A stretch of DNA of 64,000 bases from Octopus bimaculoides (GCF_001194135.2 NC_069010.1:9051863-9115862), one strand, 5' to 3'; positions 1 through 12,329 are shown, numbered from the stretch's first letter. Made by a program: numbers and translations. Notes: generated by a model not told the origin, from the sequence alone.

Positions 1-130
1 TCTTTGTCCCCTAAATATAGAAACGGTTTCACAACTTTCATCTCTTCATTGTTAGAAGCTTTCCTCATTTCCCTTTTCATTTCAGATTTTATTTCTGTAC
101 TACAATGCTTTAAGCCAACTACAACACTCT

Positions 131-172
<42 letters not shown>

Positions 173-412
173 AGAGAGAGAGAGAGAAAGACACACACAC
201 AAAGGCATTTCAAAAGTGACTAGTCACCTCTCATATCATTATTTTACCTGGGCAGACACTATTCTTCGTTATGAAACCCAAATTGATTTAAAATGTCTCC
301 TAAATCTTAGATTAATTCATTAAACGAATCAAATGACATCAGTTTGTTTCCAGAAAGAAATCTTTCAAAAACGATGACATTGATACACTTTTGAAATGTT
401 TGTATATATGTC

Positions 413-479
<67 letters not shown>

Positions 480-667
480 GTATGACAACAAAAGAATGAA
501 AGACACATCAATATTATGTAAATAGAGGAATTTATCTGTAAATATAGTATGTGACAATTATTCGATTGCCCTGAAGTCATTCGAAACTCAGAGTTTTATG
601 GCAACCAAATAATTGTCGCATATCATATCATATTACAGACAGACATATATATATATATATATATATA

Positions 668-784
668 GGAGAATATACAAATAATAACAACAGACGAGGA
701 CAGGTGGTGTAAATAACAAAAGTATATATTAGTATGACGCTCGGGAATACGGAAAGTCTTTGACGTTTCGAGCTACGCTCTTCA
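668..784 (-). mobile_element. Second, truncated copy of the same Penelope-like terminal repeat
   Basis: Reverse complement matches 32012-32128 apart from one substitution and one 3-nt indel; ends in the (TA)n tract that hosts the Tc1 insertion. Confidence 0.65.
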
Positions 785-824
<40 letters not shown>

Positions 825-1861
825 CAGGGTGTGTAAGGTATTTGAGGACATAGCTTTTTGGGGTCATTACTGCATTTTTTGCTAACTTTGTATAATCTTT
901 GTTTCAGAATATAATAATGGCAGACCCTCAGCTTACTCAACAGACCATTGATTACAATCCCAAAAAGTCCATAAGGTCAGTTGCAAAAGATCTCCATTTG
1001 TCAGAAGGAACAGTCAGAAATGTTGTCCACAAAGACATCAGATATAAGTCTTAGATGATGAGGATATGTCAATTTGTCATAAAAAGCAAAAGAAAATCGC
1101 TACATCAGATCTAAAAAGCTCTTAAACAAACTGAAAACCCCAGCAGAAGAAGATTTGATTTGGTTTTTCTCAAACGAGTAAAACTTTGACCAAGATCAAA
1201 AAGTTAACAGAAGAAATGACAAATGGTTATGGGCAGACCCTTCTGAAGTTCCAAGGGTTATGCATCCAAAATTTCCTGAAAACCATCATGGTTTTAGTTG
1301 TTGTCAGGAATGAAGGATATGTGATGCCTCCTTACTTCTTTCCATAAGGCTTCAGAGTTAACTCTGCCGCCTACATTGAGGTCCTGGAAACATTTGTTAA
1401 GCCCTGGATTAACATTGTATGCAATGGAAGACTCTGCACTATCGCACATGGCTCTAGTAACACAAGAATGGATGGCTGAAAATATTCATGATCACATAAC
1501 CCCCTAACATTTGGCCTCTTAATTCCCCAGATCTCAATCCATTGGACTATTTTACAAGTGGAGCATTGGTTGAGAGAGAGGTCAATGAACACGGCCATAA
1601 CACCAAAGATTCTTTTAAAGCTGCCATAGTCCAGAGTAATGTCCAAAATGAACCAGGACCTCATGATTGGAGCATGGAGAGGATTTAGATCTCATATAGA
1701 AGCAGTTGTTGAAGCTGAAGGAGGCTTTGTTGAATGACATTATAGAAAAGAAGGGTTATTTTTATCCTCATAGCGTTTTCTGATAAATAAAGTTATTATC
1801 TGTTATAATATATCCGTTTTTTATAAATATAAATCTGTCCTCAAATATCTTATGCAGCCTG
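825..1861 (+). mobile_element. Tc1/mariner element, probably maT (DD37D)-type, degenerate transposase
   Basis: 26-bp TIRs (CAGGGTGTGTAAGGTATTTGAGGACA; right copy has 4 mismatches) flanked by TA on both sides; interrupted ORF at about 917-1737 with WPLNSPDLNPLDY, VKPWI and IEAVVEAEGGFVE*. Confidence 0.9.
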
Positions 1862-2156
1862 TATGTGTGTAAAACAAAGTTATTCTATTCCACATGGGTA
1901 GAAATATAGGTAAAAATAGAAGTTGAAAATACAATGAGAATAGTTAAAATATTTTTTTATTATTAATATATTTAAAGCTTCAACCGGTTTCAGTTTCGAC
2001 AGATTTTCAAAAAGTTCAAATCGAAAATCAATGCAATATTTTAACTATTCCCAATGCATTTTCAACTTCTATTTTATGTCAATCAGTGAGTCAGACACAA
2101 ATAAACAGAACACATGGAATGGTAAGCAAAAGTGGAATTAAGAGTCAGCCCCTTAC

Positions 2157-2270
2157 CTCTTCAACATCCCAGCCTTCACTCTCACCAGCCAGCTGGTAAT
2201 GGTGTTTGCGAATGTTGTTTAGTTTCTCATACTCATTCTTCAAGTCCTTCTCCATCTCAAGAATCAACAC
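2157..2270 (-). CDS. HIP1: HIP1 exon 30: VLILEMEKDLKNEYEKLNNIRKHHYQLAGESEGWDVEE
   Basis: aacag|GTG...GAG|GTAAGG, 114 nt; C-terminal LRKxHYxLAG dimerisation helix. Confidence 0.94.
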
Positions 2271-2855
2271 CTGTTAATTAAAACATTGCACTTTGATACA
2301 GGTACTAAATGTTGTGTCTATGTATGTATGTATGTGGATGTCTATGTGTGTATGTGGTCATGACCGATGCCAATGCCGTCTGATTAGCACGCAAAAAGCA
2401 CCATTTGAGTATTGGGCCTCATGGATGCAGTGACAGGTGACCAACACTCCTGGTGATACACCATGTTTGTGTTGACCTGTCAAGCCGAGTGAGACCACAG
2501 TTGTGGCCGATGCTGGTGTCAGGTCAATGGCACATCACAAGCACCCATGACACTCTCGCAGTGGATGATGTTCGGAAGGGCATCCAGCAGTAGAAATCTT
2601 GCCAAATCAGATTGGAACCTGGTGCAGCTCTCTGGTTAACCAGTTTTCAGTGAAATTGTCCAACATAGGTGTAGAGTTATATACACATGTGTATATGAAT
2701 ATATGTATGTATATGCATGGGTGTATCATCATCTTCGTTTAGCGTCCGCTTTCCATGCTAGTGTGTGTGTGTGTGTGTGTGCGTGTGCAAATATGTGTGC
2801 ATATATATGTATGTATGTGCATGAACAAATATGTGCATATATACACACACATACG

Positions 2856-3130
2856 TGGCTGTGTGGTAAGAAGTTTGTTTCCCAACCACATGGTTCTAGG
2901 TTCAGTCCCACAGTATGGTACCATAGGTAAGTGTCTTCTATGCACTGATCAAAACCTTGAGACATTGTGAGTGGATTTGGTCGATGGAAACTGTAAGAAG
3001 CTCGTCATGTACATATGTGTGTTAATGTCTACCTGTCCCCTACTCCTGGTTGACAACTGGTGTTGGTGTGTTTACATCCCTGTAACTTAGTGGTTTGGCA
3101 AAACAGATTGATAGATTAAGAACCAACATT
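2856..3130 (+). mobile_element. tRNA-derived SINE family A (GGCTGTGTGGTAAG…GGTTCAGTCCCAC…GGATTTGGTAGACGGAAACTGAAAGAAGCC). Other copies near 8590(-), 10660(-), 10843(-), 18925, 24057, 25712, 42382(-), 42587, 50905, 54060 and 60010
   Basis: A-box-like and B-box-like head, shared central block and shared tail across many copies. Confidence 0.8.
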
Positions 3131-3424
3131 TGAAGGATGTTTTTCACACATGGCATCAGCGATGACTGCAATTTCACACACACAACCATCGTCATTTAAC
3201 GTTCCCCTTTCCATGCTGACTGCGGCTGGCTGGGCAGAAGACTGCACCGTGCTCTGCTGTTTGTTGTGGCATGTCTTGTACAGGTGGATGCTCTCTCTGC
3301 AGAGTGGACCAAGTGCTTTTTATGTGGCACCAGCTCTGGCAAGGTCAGCAAGTAACTTGCAAGAGAATGTGGCATTGAAGATGATCTTGTGCCAGATGAC
3401 GATATGCCAGAGTGTGACATGAGA

Positions 3425-3565
3425 GTAGGGTGTGATTTGAGGGAGATTTGGCTGCTGTTTCTACAATGCCTAGCTACCATGTAGAGCTCTCCCTCATTGG
3501 CTCATACATACATAAGACTGTAGGGTGTGATTTGAGGGAGATTTGGCTGCTGTTTCTACCATGGA
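3425..3565 (+). repeat. Short dispersed repeat GTGTGATTTGAGGGAGATTTGGCTGCT(G/A)TTTCTA, twice here. Also near 7255(-), 11440, 18790, 26405(-), 26505(-) and 50590(-)
   Basis: Directly visible recurring 35-40 bp block; parent element unknown. Confidence 0.75.
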
Positions 3566-3624
3566 GAAGCTCTCTTGTTGATTTATTGTGGAAAGCAATT
3601 CCTCGGGGGTGGTCATTTACTCAC

Positions 3625-3686
3625 CTTTATCTGCATTTCCTGCTTTTTGGTCTGATGTAAGTTTAGACTGGAAAAGTCCATTAAAC
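3625..3686 (-). CDS. HIP1: HIP1 exon 29: LMDFSSLNLHQTKKQEMQIK
   Basis: cccag|GT...AAG|GTGAGT, 62 nt; MDFSxLxLxxxKKQEM motif. Confidence 0.94.
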
Positions 3687-4526
3687 CTGGGGAGAAGAAG
3701 TGATTAGAATGATTCCTTTTCTTGCCACCAGAGGGACACAGAGGGGACATTACAAGTTGAGAGATGGAGAACAGATTAGGGGACTTTATCAAGATAGATT
3801 GATACAAAGGGAACAGAAGGGACAGGTGGAGCAGAATTAACAAAATTTATTGAAACTTTTAAAGGTTTAAAGGAAGGCCAATAAGATTTTGGTGAGGGAG
3901 AGACAGAATGCCTAGGGTTAAAGAAAGATTGATGATGAAGGAAAAAATCAAAATACAAAAACAAACAAAACAAAAAACAAGAACAAAGAGCAGCAGGCAA
4001 TCCCATGGTTTTTAGGTTCAGTCCCACTGCATGGCACACACACACACACAAGGTAAGCTAGCAGAATCGTTAGCATGTTGGACAAAATGCTTAGAGGTAT
4101 TTCTTCTCTTTATTTTGAGAGTTCAAATCTTACTGAGGTCATCTTTTGCCTTTCATCTTTTCAGGGGTCATTCAAATAAAGAATCAGTCAAGTGTAGGGG
4201 TTCATGGAATCCCCTCAACAGACATTCCCCCATTCAGAGAGTGTTGCTATCTTGGTCACTTATACGTCACGGAAACCAGGTAAATGGCCTTATTGGTCAA
4301 AACGAACGAGAAAATATATCTGTGTGTGAGTGTAACTTAGCAGTATGGCAAAAGAGACCAATATAATAAGTACTAGACTTTACAGAAAAAACAAACAAAC
4401 AAGTACTGGGGTCAATTCATTCAACTGAAACCCTACAAGCCAGTGCCCCAGCATGGCCATAGCAAAAGATAAAGAAAAATCAAAAGAATGAAAGAAAATC
4501 TTGTTCGACAAGATAAAAAGTCTTAC

Positions 4527-4756
4527 TTCGTTCTTCGATAGCGTTTGCCCCTGTTTTAGCTGAACCAATCACTTTTCCGGCCGCTTGGTTGACCTTCTTT
4601 GAGGCATCGGTCAGTTCTGAGAGATGTTTGCTGTTGCGGTCAGCTTTGACCTTCGAAGCAACCACCAACTGGATTGTACTGGCAGCAATCTCTTTGGAAT
4701 ACACAATTAGTTCCTCAAATTTACCTTCACCCTGGACAACTTTATCAGCAGCCTCC
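4527..4756 (-). CDS. HIP1: HIP1 exon 28: EAADKVVQGEGKFEELIVYSKEIAASTIQLVVASKVKADRNSKHLSELTDASKKVNQAAGKVIGSAKTGANAIEER(S)
   Basis: tccag|G...CGA A|GTAAGA, 230 nt; I/LWEQ core. Confidence 0.96.
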
Positions 4757-4967
4757 CTGGAACAACAAATACACAGACAATTATGCATGTGTGTGAGTGT
4801 ACATATGTGTATATATCATTATTATTATTACTATTAATATTAATCCATTTATTATTTCGTTCTTTCGCATGAGCCTGATGCCCAAACCCCTGAACCATGT
4901 GGTTAGCCGCATATATATGTATATATATACATATATATGTGTATGTGTGGTGTGTGTGTATACTTAC

Positions 4968-5068
4968 ATGGTGGCAGTAGCTCCCCATCCGACAGCCTTG
5001 GCAGCTGAGAGGAGTCCCTCAGTCCAGCGATGGTGTTTGTTGTAAAACTCTTTGGCTGATGAGGCACC
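4968..5068 (-). CDS. HIP1: HIP1 exon 27: GASSAKEFYNKHHRWTEGLLSAAKAVGWGATAT(M)
   Basis: ttcag|GGT...AT|GTAAGT, 101 nt; I/LWEQ block with WTEG. Confidence 0.96.
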
Positions 5069-5858
5069 CTGAAATAGAGAGGTTACGGTTAGGGTCAGGG
5101 ATAAGGTAGTAGTTTATGTAGAGAGGGACGAGGAAGGAAAGAGAGTGGGAGGTGGTATAGTGAGAGAGAGAATAGAAGGGAAAGAAAAGAGAGGTAATAA
5201 GAGAAGGAAGTGGAAGAGCAAATGTGAAGGGGGGGGGGGAGAAAGAAAAACAGATTTAACTTCAATCCCCTGTCTCACCACTATTCTACAAATTGTGGGG
5301 CCATGTTGTCTTCCTTTATATTTTGAATTCAGTAAGTCCCTGGGGTCAATGTCATCAACCAAAATGTCTCCCACAAAATTTCACACTTTGGGACAATAAT
5401 AAATAGAATTATTATTATTATTATTTTTACTATTATTGCCATGTTCTGAGTTCAAATTCTGCCAAGGTTACTTTGCCTTTCATCCTTTCAGGGTTGATAA
5501 ATTAAGTACCAGTGAAACATTGGGGTCACCTACTCCAAACTTTCAGGCCTTGTGTCTTTAGTAGAAAGGATTNNNNNNNNNNNNNNNNNNNNNNNNNNNN
5601 NNNNNNNNNNNNNNNNNNNNNNNNNNNNNNNNNNNNNNNNNNNNNNNNNNNNNNNNNNNNNNNNNNNNNNNNNNNNNNNNNNNNNNNNNNNNNNNNNNNN
5701 NNNNNNNNNNNNNNNNNNNNNNNNNNNNNNNCAACTTCTGTTTTACCCTTCAAATTGCTGACCAGGAAACAAAATTGGAAAGAATTATTATTATTTTTTT
5801 TTTGACATTTGGCTAAGAAAAGCGACCCCAGTTAAAGAAAAAGAAACATGTAACTTAC

Positions 5859-5921
5859 CCGTCCTTGGGCAACGATTTCTTTTTGTAAATCTCGAGATTT
5901 CTCAACAAGCACTTTTATAGC
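5859..5921 (-). CDS. HIP1: HIP1 exon 26: AIKVLVEKSRDLQKEIVAQGR
   Basis: tccag|GCT...CGG|GTAAGT, 63 nt. Confidence 0.95.
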
Positions 5922-6419
5922 CTGGAAAATAAATAAACAAACAAATAATAACAACAACAAGAGCACCCAGAGAGGGCAAACCTCCCCCAGGGCAACACCA
6001 ACGTCCTCTCAACAATTAGTCAGAGATGATTTTTTAAATGAGAATATCTGAAATAAATTTGACTGCTCTCACAAAGGAGAATACTAAAAATGAACCCAAC
6101 CACTCTCAAAAATTAAGTAAAAAACAACCAGAAAGATAATCCAGGAAGAGGTGGACCCAGGAAGACCTGGGATGAGGTGCTGAAGCACAACCGTCATACA
6201 TTAGGCCTCACCGAGGCAATGATTAGTGACCGAGACCTTTGGAAATATGCTGTGCGTGAGAAGACCCAGCAAGACAAGTGAGACCATAACCCATGGCCTT
6301 TGCCAGGGGTGTAACCAGCCCACTTATGCGTACCTTTCCTTCATTGGACACTAAACTCTGCTTGTGAAGACCTGTTGGGGCAAGTGAAATCGAAATTGAA
6401 CCAAATACGACGAATGGCA

Positions 6420-6797
6420 CTGCTAACAACACCATCCGAGCATGACCATTGCCAGAACAGCTGCCTGGCTCCCATGCCGGCGGCACGTTAAAAAACACCA
6501 TTTGAGCAGGATCGTTACCAGCATTGCCTCACTGCTGACTGACTCCTGTGCAAGTGGCACATAAAAAACACCATTTTGAGTGTGGCCGTTGCCAGTACCG
6601 CCTGACTGGCCCTTGTGCCGGTGGCATGTAAAAGCACCCACTGCACTCTCAGAGTGGTTGGCGTTAGGAAGGGCATCCAGCTGTAGAAACTCTGCCAGAT
6701 CAGATTGGAGCCTGGTGTAGCCATCTGGTTCACCAGTCATCAGTCAAACCGTCCAACCCATGCTAGCATGGAAAGCGGACGTTAAACGCCGATGATG

Positions 6798-6800
<3 letters not shown>
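6420..6800 (+). mobile_element. SINE family C with internal GTGCCGGTGGCAC repeats and a (GAT)n tail. Other copies near 2350, 9400, 13000(-), 19705(-), 26838(-), 46218(-), 47872(-), 52860(-), 58742(-) and 62400(-)
   Basis: Shared GGAAGGGCATCCAGCTGTAGAAACTCTGCCAGATCAGATTGGAGCCTGG…GCATGGAAAGCGGACGTTAAACG(ATG)n. Confidence 0.82.
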
Positions 6801-6832
<32 letters not shown>

Positions 6833-7091
6833 CACATCTATATTTAATATATATATATAAAAGGTATGAATTTTTGCATAATCATTCATGATGGATCTTC
6901 CAAAAGAGAGACAAAAGCACAAAATAAATCGTTTTTATCCACAAATGCTGACTACTTCCTTTTCCTAACACAGTCTGTGCACCCCTTCAAAAAATCTACA
7001 CACATGCAAAGATGGGTGTGTATAGACTTCAACAAAGATCGAAACACTAATGATAACAACAACAGTAAAGGCAGCTGAATGCCTTCCTCAC

Positions 7092-7181
7092 CTGCATCAG
7101 GCCTGTGCATGCATCAAGAATACTTTCGTTGACCTCCAGATTTAAACCAGTTGAGTCTTCCTGCGTTTTCTTCAACATTTC
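7092..7181 (-). CDS. HIP1: HIP1 exon 25: EMLKKTQEDSTGLNLEVNESILDACTGLMQ
   Basis: tgtag|GAA...CAG|GTGAGG, 90 nt; LEVNExILxxCTxLM motif. Confidence 0.95.
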
Positions 7182-7357
7182 CTACAAAAGACGTCAATGG
7201 ACACAGTTTACTATGAGCCAATGAGGGAGACCTCTGTATGGTAGCTAGACCTGATAGAAATAGCAGCCAAATCTCCCTCAAATCACACCCTACTCTCTTA
7301 TGTACGGACAAGAAGGAGCCAGAACAACTCAAGTTATAAACTCATAGCCTTAACATA

Positions 7358-8232
7358 GATTTAAAATAACTAAATGATTTAAAATAAATAAATGATTTAA
7401 CATAAATAAATGATTTAAATTAAATAATTTAAAATAAATAAATGATTTAAAATAAATAAATGATTTAAAATAAATTAAATGATTTAAAATAAATTAAATG
7501 ATTTGAAATAAATTAAATGATTTAAAATAAATAAATGATTTAAAATAAATAAATGATTTAAAATAAATTAAATGATTTAAAATAAATTAAATGATTTAAA
7601 ATAAATTAAATGATTTGAAATAAATTAAATGATTTAAAATAAATAAANNNNNNNNNNNNNNNNNNNNNNNNNNNNNNNNNNNNNNNNNNNNNNNNNNNNN
7701 NNNNNNNNNNNNNNNNNNNNNNNNNNNNNNNNNNNNNNNNNNNNNNNNNNNNNNNNNNNNNNNNNNNNNNNNNNNNNNNNNNNNNNNNNNNNNNNNNNNN
7801 NNNNNNNNNNNNNNNNNNNNNNNNNNNNNNNNNNNNNNNNNNNNNNNNNNNNNNNNNNNNNNNNNNNNNNNNNNNNNNNNNNNNNNNNNNNNNNNNNNNN
7901 NNNNNNNNNNNNNNNNNNNNNNNNNNNNNNNNNNNNNNNNNNNNNNNNNNNNNNNNNNNNNNNNNNNNNNNNNNNNNNNNNNNNNNNNNNNNNNNNNNNN
8001 NNNNNNNNNNNNNNNNNNNNNNNNNNNNNNNNNNNNNNNNNNNNNNNNNNNNNNNNNNNNNNNNNNNNNNNNNNNNNNNNNNNNNNNNNNNNNNNNNNNN
8101 NNNNNNNNNNNNNNNNNNNNNNNNNNNNNNNNNNNNNNNNNNNNNNNNNNNNNNNNNNNNAATAATTTAAAATAAATAAATGATTTAAAATAAATAAATG
8201 ATTTAAAATAAATTAAATGATTTAAAATAAAT
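7358..8232. repeat. AT-rich minisatellite, 17-18 bp unit GATTTAAAATAAAT(T)AAAT, spanning a gap
   Basis: More than 15 visible units at 7358-7647 and further units at 8161-8232. Confidence 0.9.
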
Positions 8233-8780
8233 ATTTTAATTGTTTTTCCTTAGACTCTTGGCAAAGACACTCTGTGTCTGGCCTTGTCACAAACACACTC
8301 TTTCTTTCTTTCTCTCTCCTTCACGTGCGTTCGGCACAGCTATGACTTCGCCATGGCAACAGACTTCAAAACTGGTAAAAGTTTCCAGCTATACGTGGGT
8401 GCCTCAGAGACAAAAAATTTGACCAAAATGCTGGGTTATAACGAATCTCCTCCTAAAATTGGAGCGACATGTGTGCTAATTTGTAGACGTGCATAAAGTC
8501 CATTCACGTATACACACACATCTCCACTATTATAGATATGATTATAAGAAGATATATGTACCACATGACATCAAGGCAAGCAGACAACAACACACACTTA
8601 CACATACATGAAGAGCTTCTTTCAGTTTCCATCCATCAAATCCATTCTCAAGCCTGAGGCTATAGTAGATGACACTTGCCAAGGTGCCACAGTGGGACTG
8701 AACCCAGAACCATGTGAGTGGAAAGGGAAGCATATTTCCTACGGCACAGTCACACCTGGTAAACAAAAGCAGCAACCTAC

Positions 8781-8962
8781 CTCAATTTTACTGGCTGCAA
8801 GATCGATGGCGCTTGTAGTGAGTTGCATCTCTGATTCAACCATGTCTCCAATCTCCTTGTCTTTCACATCGGCAATCTTTGGCAACAGCGTCTCAGCACA
8901 AGACTGCATCTTCTTGACATTTTCTAAGACTACATCAAACTGCGCCAACACAGAGTTCTCAT
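8781..8962 (-). CDS. HIP1: HIP1 exon 24: ENSVLAQFDVVLENVKKMQSCAETLLPKIADVKDKEIGDMVESEMQLTTSAIDLAASKIE
   Basis: tgcag|AT...GAG|GTAGGT, 182 nt; start of the I/LWEQ (THATCH) region. Confidence 0.94.
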
Positions 8963-9719
8963 CTGCAACAAGCACACAAAATGGATATAATTTAATGCGT
9001 GGTGGCCTTGGGGGGAGAGCAAAAACATGTATTGAGACAAATTTCCTGACCAGGAGTTTGCATTGGGCAGAAGAAGGCACAGGTGGAAGACACCTTCGTC
9101 TACCTTGGCAGCTTGGTTCACTGCAAACAAGATAGGGTGAGGGAGCTTCATTGCAGAATGGGAAACATATCAGCAGAATTCAATTAGTTTAGTAAAACCC
9201 GGAAGAGCAAGAAATCTTCTCTGAAAGCCATATTGTGGTTCTGCAAATCTAACAAACTCTCTCCTCTTGCATATGGCTGTGAAACAAGGCAGCTGAAAAG
9301 CATCCCCAGAAAAAGAAACTGGATGCATTTGGAAGTAAAGGCTTCTGGAAAATACTAAGCATCAAATATAAGGACTTTATCAGCATGTGATTGATGCCAG
9401 GACCGCCTGACTGGCCCCCCCCCCATGCTGGTGGCACGTTAAAAGGGGTCAATGCCAGTAGCCCCTGGCTAGCTCCCGTGCCAGAGGCATGTAAAAAGTA
9501 CTATCGAAACGTGATCGATGCCGGGCCTGCCTGACAGGCTCCTGTGCCGGTGGCACATACAAAGTACCCACTACACTCTTGGAAAGGTAGATCAGATTGG
9601 TGCCTGGTGCAGCCATCCGGTTCACCAGACCTCAGTCAAACCGTCCAACCCATGCCAGCATGGAATATGGACATTAGACGATGATGATGATGATGATGAA
9701 GAGGTCACAAGAAGATCAG

Positions 9720-9960
9720 CCCAATGCCTAGCAACCATCACCATCTGCAAATACCAACAGAGTTGGCTGGAACATGTAAGATTTCCGACTATCAACACTC
9801 AATCCTTAAATAGAACCCTTAGAGGCAACAGTAGAGGGGACATCCTAAGAGGAACTGGCATCAAATGATGGACAGGGACCTTGCACTGAGGGAGGCTGTC
9901 GAATGACCCAGCTGGAGTACTTTGACTGCCTCATGGGCCACCCAATATGGGAGCATTGAA
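9720..9960 (+). mobile_element. Highly degraded RTE-like LINE ORF2 C-terminal fragment
   Basis: QQSWLEHV…LRGNSRG resembles the LRWFGHV…G.R.RGRP region. Confidence 0.35.
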
Positions 9961-10566
9961 GTAAGTTCTAAAGGGGAGTAGTTGGAGGATAGAGTCCCAT
10001 GGCTGGCAAGTGAAAAACAAAGAAAAAAGGAGGAGGGAGTGGTCCTTGAATCAAAAACTGTGGTCTTCCCAAGGGTCAAGGGGATGGTGTGAAACGTGAC
10101 AATGAGAACAAATACAGTCTATTCCATCAAACAGGGTTCCATACAGTTTCCTTCTCTCTCTAATATAAGATTTAGATTGACTAGAATGTACGACAGAAGC
10201 TGCTCAATCATTGAGACTGAACCTGGGTCCCATTTAACACAGGGCTGAAGTGAAGGTCTTAACCACATGGCCAGGCACAGGAGTTTTTTTTTACAGGTGA
10301 ATAATGTTAGTGTACAACATTAGTTTCAATCTTCTGATATATATAAGGGGAGGCAACATCAGATAGGCTTCAGCCATATTCTGACCTCCTCAGTGAACCA
10401 CAGCCTTCACTGTGCTTCACAATGTGTGAAAACTGCTAAATATTATACATTTGTGTGTGTGTGTGTGCACGTATGTTTGTAGTAGTAGTAGTAGTAGTAG
10501 TTCACATGTCTGTAGAAGCATATTCAAACTTGATAAACTAAGTTTGTTTGATGAGTGTTGCTATTA

Positions 10567-10614
<48 letters not shown>

Positions 10615-11098
10615 ATATATACACACACACACACATACACACTGATGGAGTCACAAGCACTTTCGCAAACATATACACACAACAGAACTTCTGCCTACCA
10701 AATTCACTCGCAGGGCTTTGGGTGCCCAAGTCTACAGTTGAAGATAGTCACTCAAAGTGCTATGCAGTGAGACTGAACCTAGAACCATGTAATTGAGAAT
10801 CAAGCTTCCTAACCATACAGCCACATATGTGTGTGTGTACAGGCTTCCATACAGTTTCCATCTACCAAATTCACTCACAAGGCATTAGCCAGCCTAAGGC
10901 TATAGGGAGGAGACACTTGCCCAAGGTGTCATGCAGGGCGACTGAACCAGGAGCCATGTCGGTGCAGAGTAAGATTCTTAACCATAGAGCCATGCTGGTA
11001 TTTATTGAAAAAAACCCAAATAAAAAATAACGACAGGATAGTCATGGCTGGAGAGGGGGAGAGAGAGGGAGCGGGTGGAAGGCAAAACGTTCACTTAC

Positions 11099-11164
11099 CT
11101 TTCTCTACTTGGGTTAAGGCTTTCATACTTTCTTCAATTGTGTTCTTACAAGTCATGTTTAATT
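11099..11164 (-). CDS. HIP1: HIP1 exon 23: LNMTCKNTIEESMKALTQVEK(D)
   Basis: ttcag|AA...AAA G|GTAAGT, 66 nt, phase 1-1. Confidence 0.87.
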
Positions 11165-11747
11165 CTGAAGAAAGAAACAAAATGAAAATACAAAATAGAA
11201 ACAAACAAAAAATACACAAAAACCAAATTCGTTTTCATTAAAAACTCATCCTTGCCCCCCCCCCTCTCTTCAACCATTCATCGCTCTTTCTTGCCTTCTC
11301 CTGCAAAAACCCCACCTAACAACTCATTGTTTCTCTTTCACCATTCTCCTTGTCATCACCACTCTACTGCTCCCTTCCTACTATGACAAACCACCCTCAC
11401 ACCTCATTACCACTTCCCAGCACCTCCCAATGATTCCTCGAGGGAGATTTGACTGCTATTTCTAGCAGGTCTCCCTCACAAACCTCTTCTGCCCCCGCCC
11501 CCAGGGCCTTTCTCTTTTCCCATACTTCATCCCTCTCTACTCCTTCTTCTCCTAACATAGGTGCTCCACCTGCAAGCTGCATGGCAACTTCAGAAAGCAC
11601 CCAAGTCACCCTGAAGTTGCAGAAACCCTGCCAAGTGCAGCACTGCACTTGGATGCAGTCCTTCATGCCATTGGATCTTGTCAAACTGTCCAACATGAAA
11701 CATGGACACTAGATGATGATGATGAAGACCACCACACAGCCGCTTAC

Positions 11748-11855
11748 CTTCACCAGCACTCAGCTGGGCCGAGTGAGACGTTGCTAAACCATACTGGACT
11801 GAGTCGGAAAGTCGGTGAGAAAAATCAACCATTGAAGTGATTAAGTCTTGAATAG
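11748..11855 (-). CDS. HIP1: HIP1 exon 22: IQDLITSMVDFSHRLSDSVQYGLATSHSAQLSAGE(E)
   Basis: tgcag|CT...GAA G|GTAAGC, 108 nt. Confidence 0.9.
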
Positions 11856-11859
11856 CTGC

Positions 11860-12092
11860 AAGAGAGAGAGAGAGAGAGACTGTGAGAGAGAGGGAGACTG
11901 TGAGAGAGTGAGTTGGGAGAGGGAGACTGTGAGAGAGTGAGGTGGGAGAGAGAGGGAGACTGTGAGAGAGTGAGGTGGGAGAGAGAGAGAGAGGGAGACT
12001 GTGAGAGAGAGGGAGACTGTGAGAGAGAGAGACTGTTAGAGAGTGAGGTGGGAGAGAGGAAGAGAGAGACTGAGAGGGAGAGAGGTGGGGTA
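11860..12092. repeat. (GA)n-based minisatellite with recurring GAGACTGTGAGAGAG
   Basis: Seven CTGT cores at 11880, 11898, 11927, 11960, 11999, 12017 and 12033. Confidence 0.85.
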
Positions 12093-12242
12093 AAACTGGT
12101 AACTGAACATGAAAACAAACATTTATACACACACACATATATATATATATATATACGTATGTATATAAAATGTGTGCTGTATATGTGTGTGTGTAGATAT
12201 GAATGCAAACAACAAAGAGGAGAAAAGTAACAAAGAACTTAC

Positions 12243-12329
12243 AAATTGGATTAGATTTGTAATTCTGAAACGAGTTCCCTAATTTCTCCAAACACTCGTA
12301 AACAGGTAATATTCGGTCCAATAAATAAT
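12243..12329 (-). CDS. HIP1: HIP1 exon 21: YLLDRILPVYECLEKLGNSFQNYKSNPI(S)
   Basis: tttag|AT...ATT T|GTAAGT, 87 nt; (D)YLL follows CSA as in the family CxxxDYLL motif. Confidence 0.9.

Noticed and set aside
6223-6740. ORFs such as MTGEPDGYTRLQSDLAEF… recurring at 26908, 58776 and 62448
   Set aside because: Antisense translations of family C SINE copies, not a gene family.
7358-8232. Regular short repeats considered as a CRISPR-like array
   Set aside because: Head-to-tail AT-rich units without unique spacers, in a eukaryotic intron.
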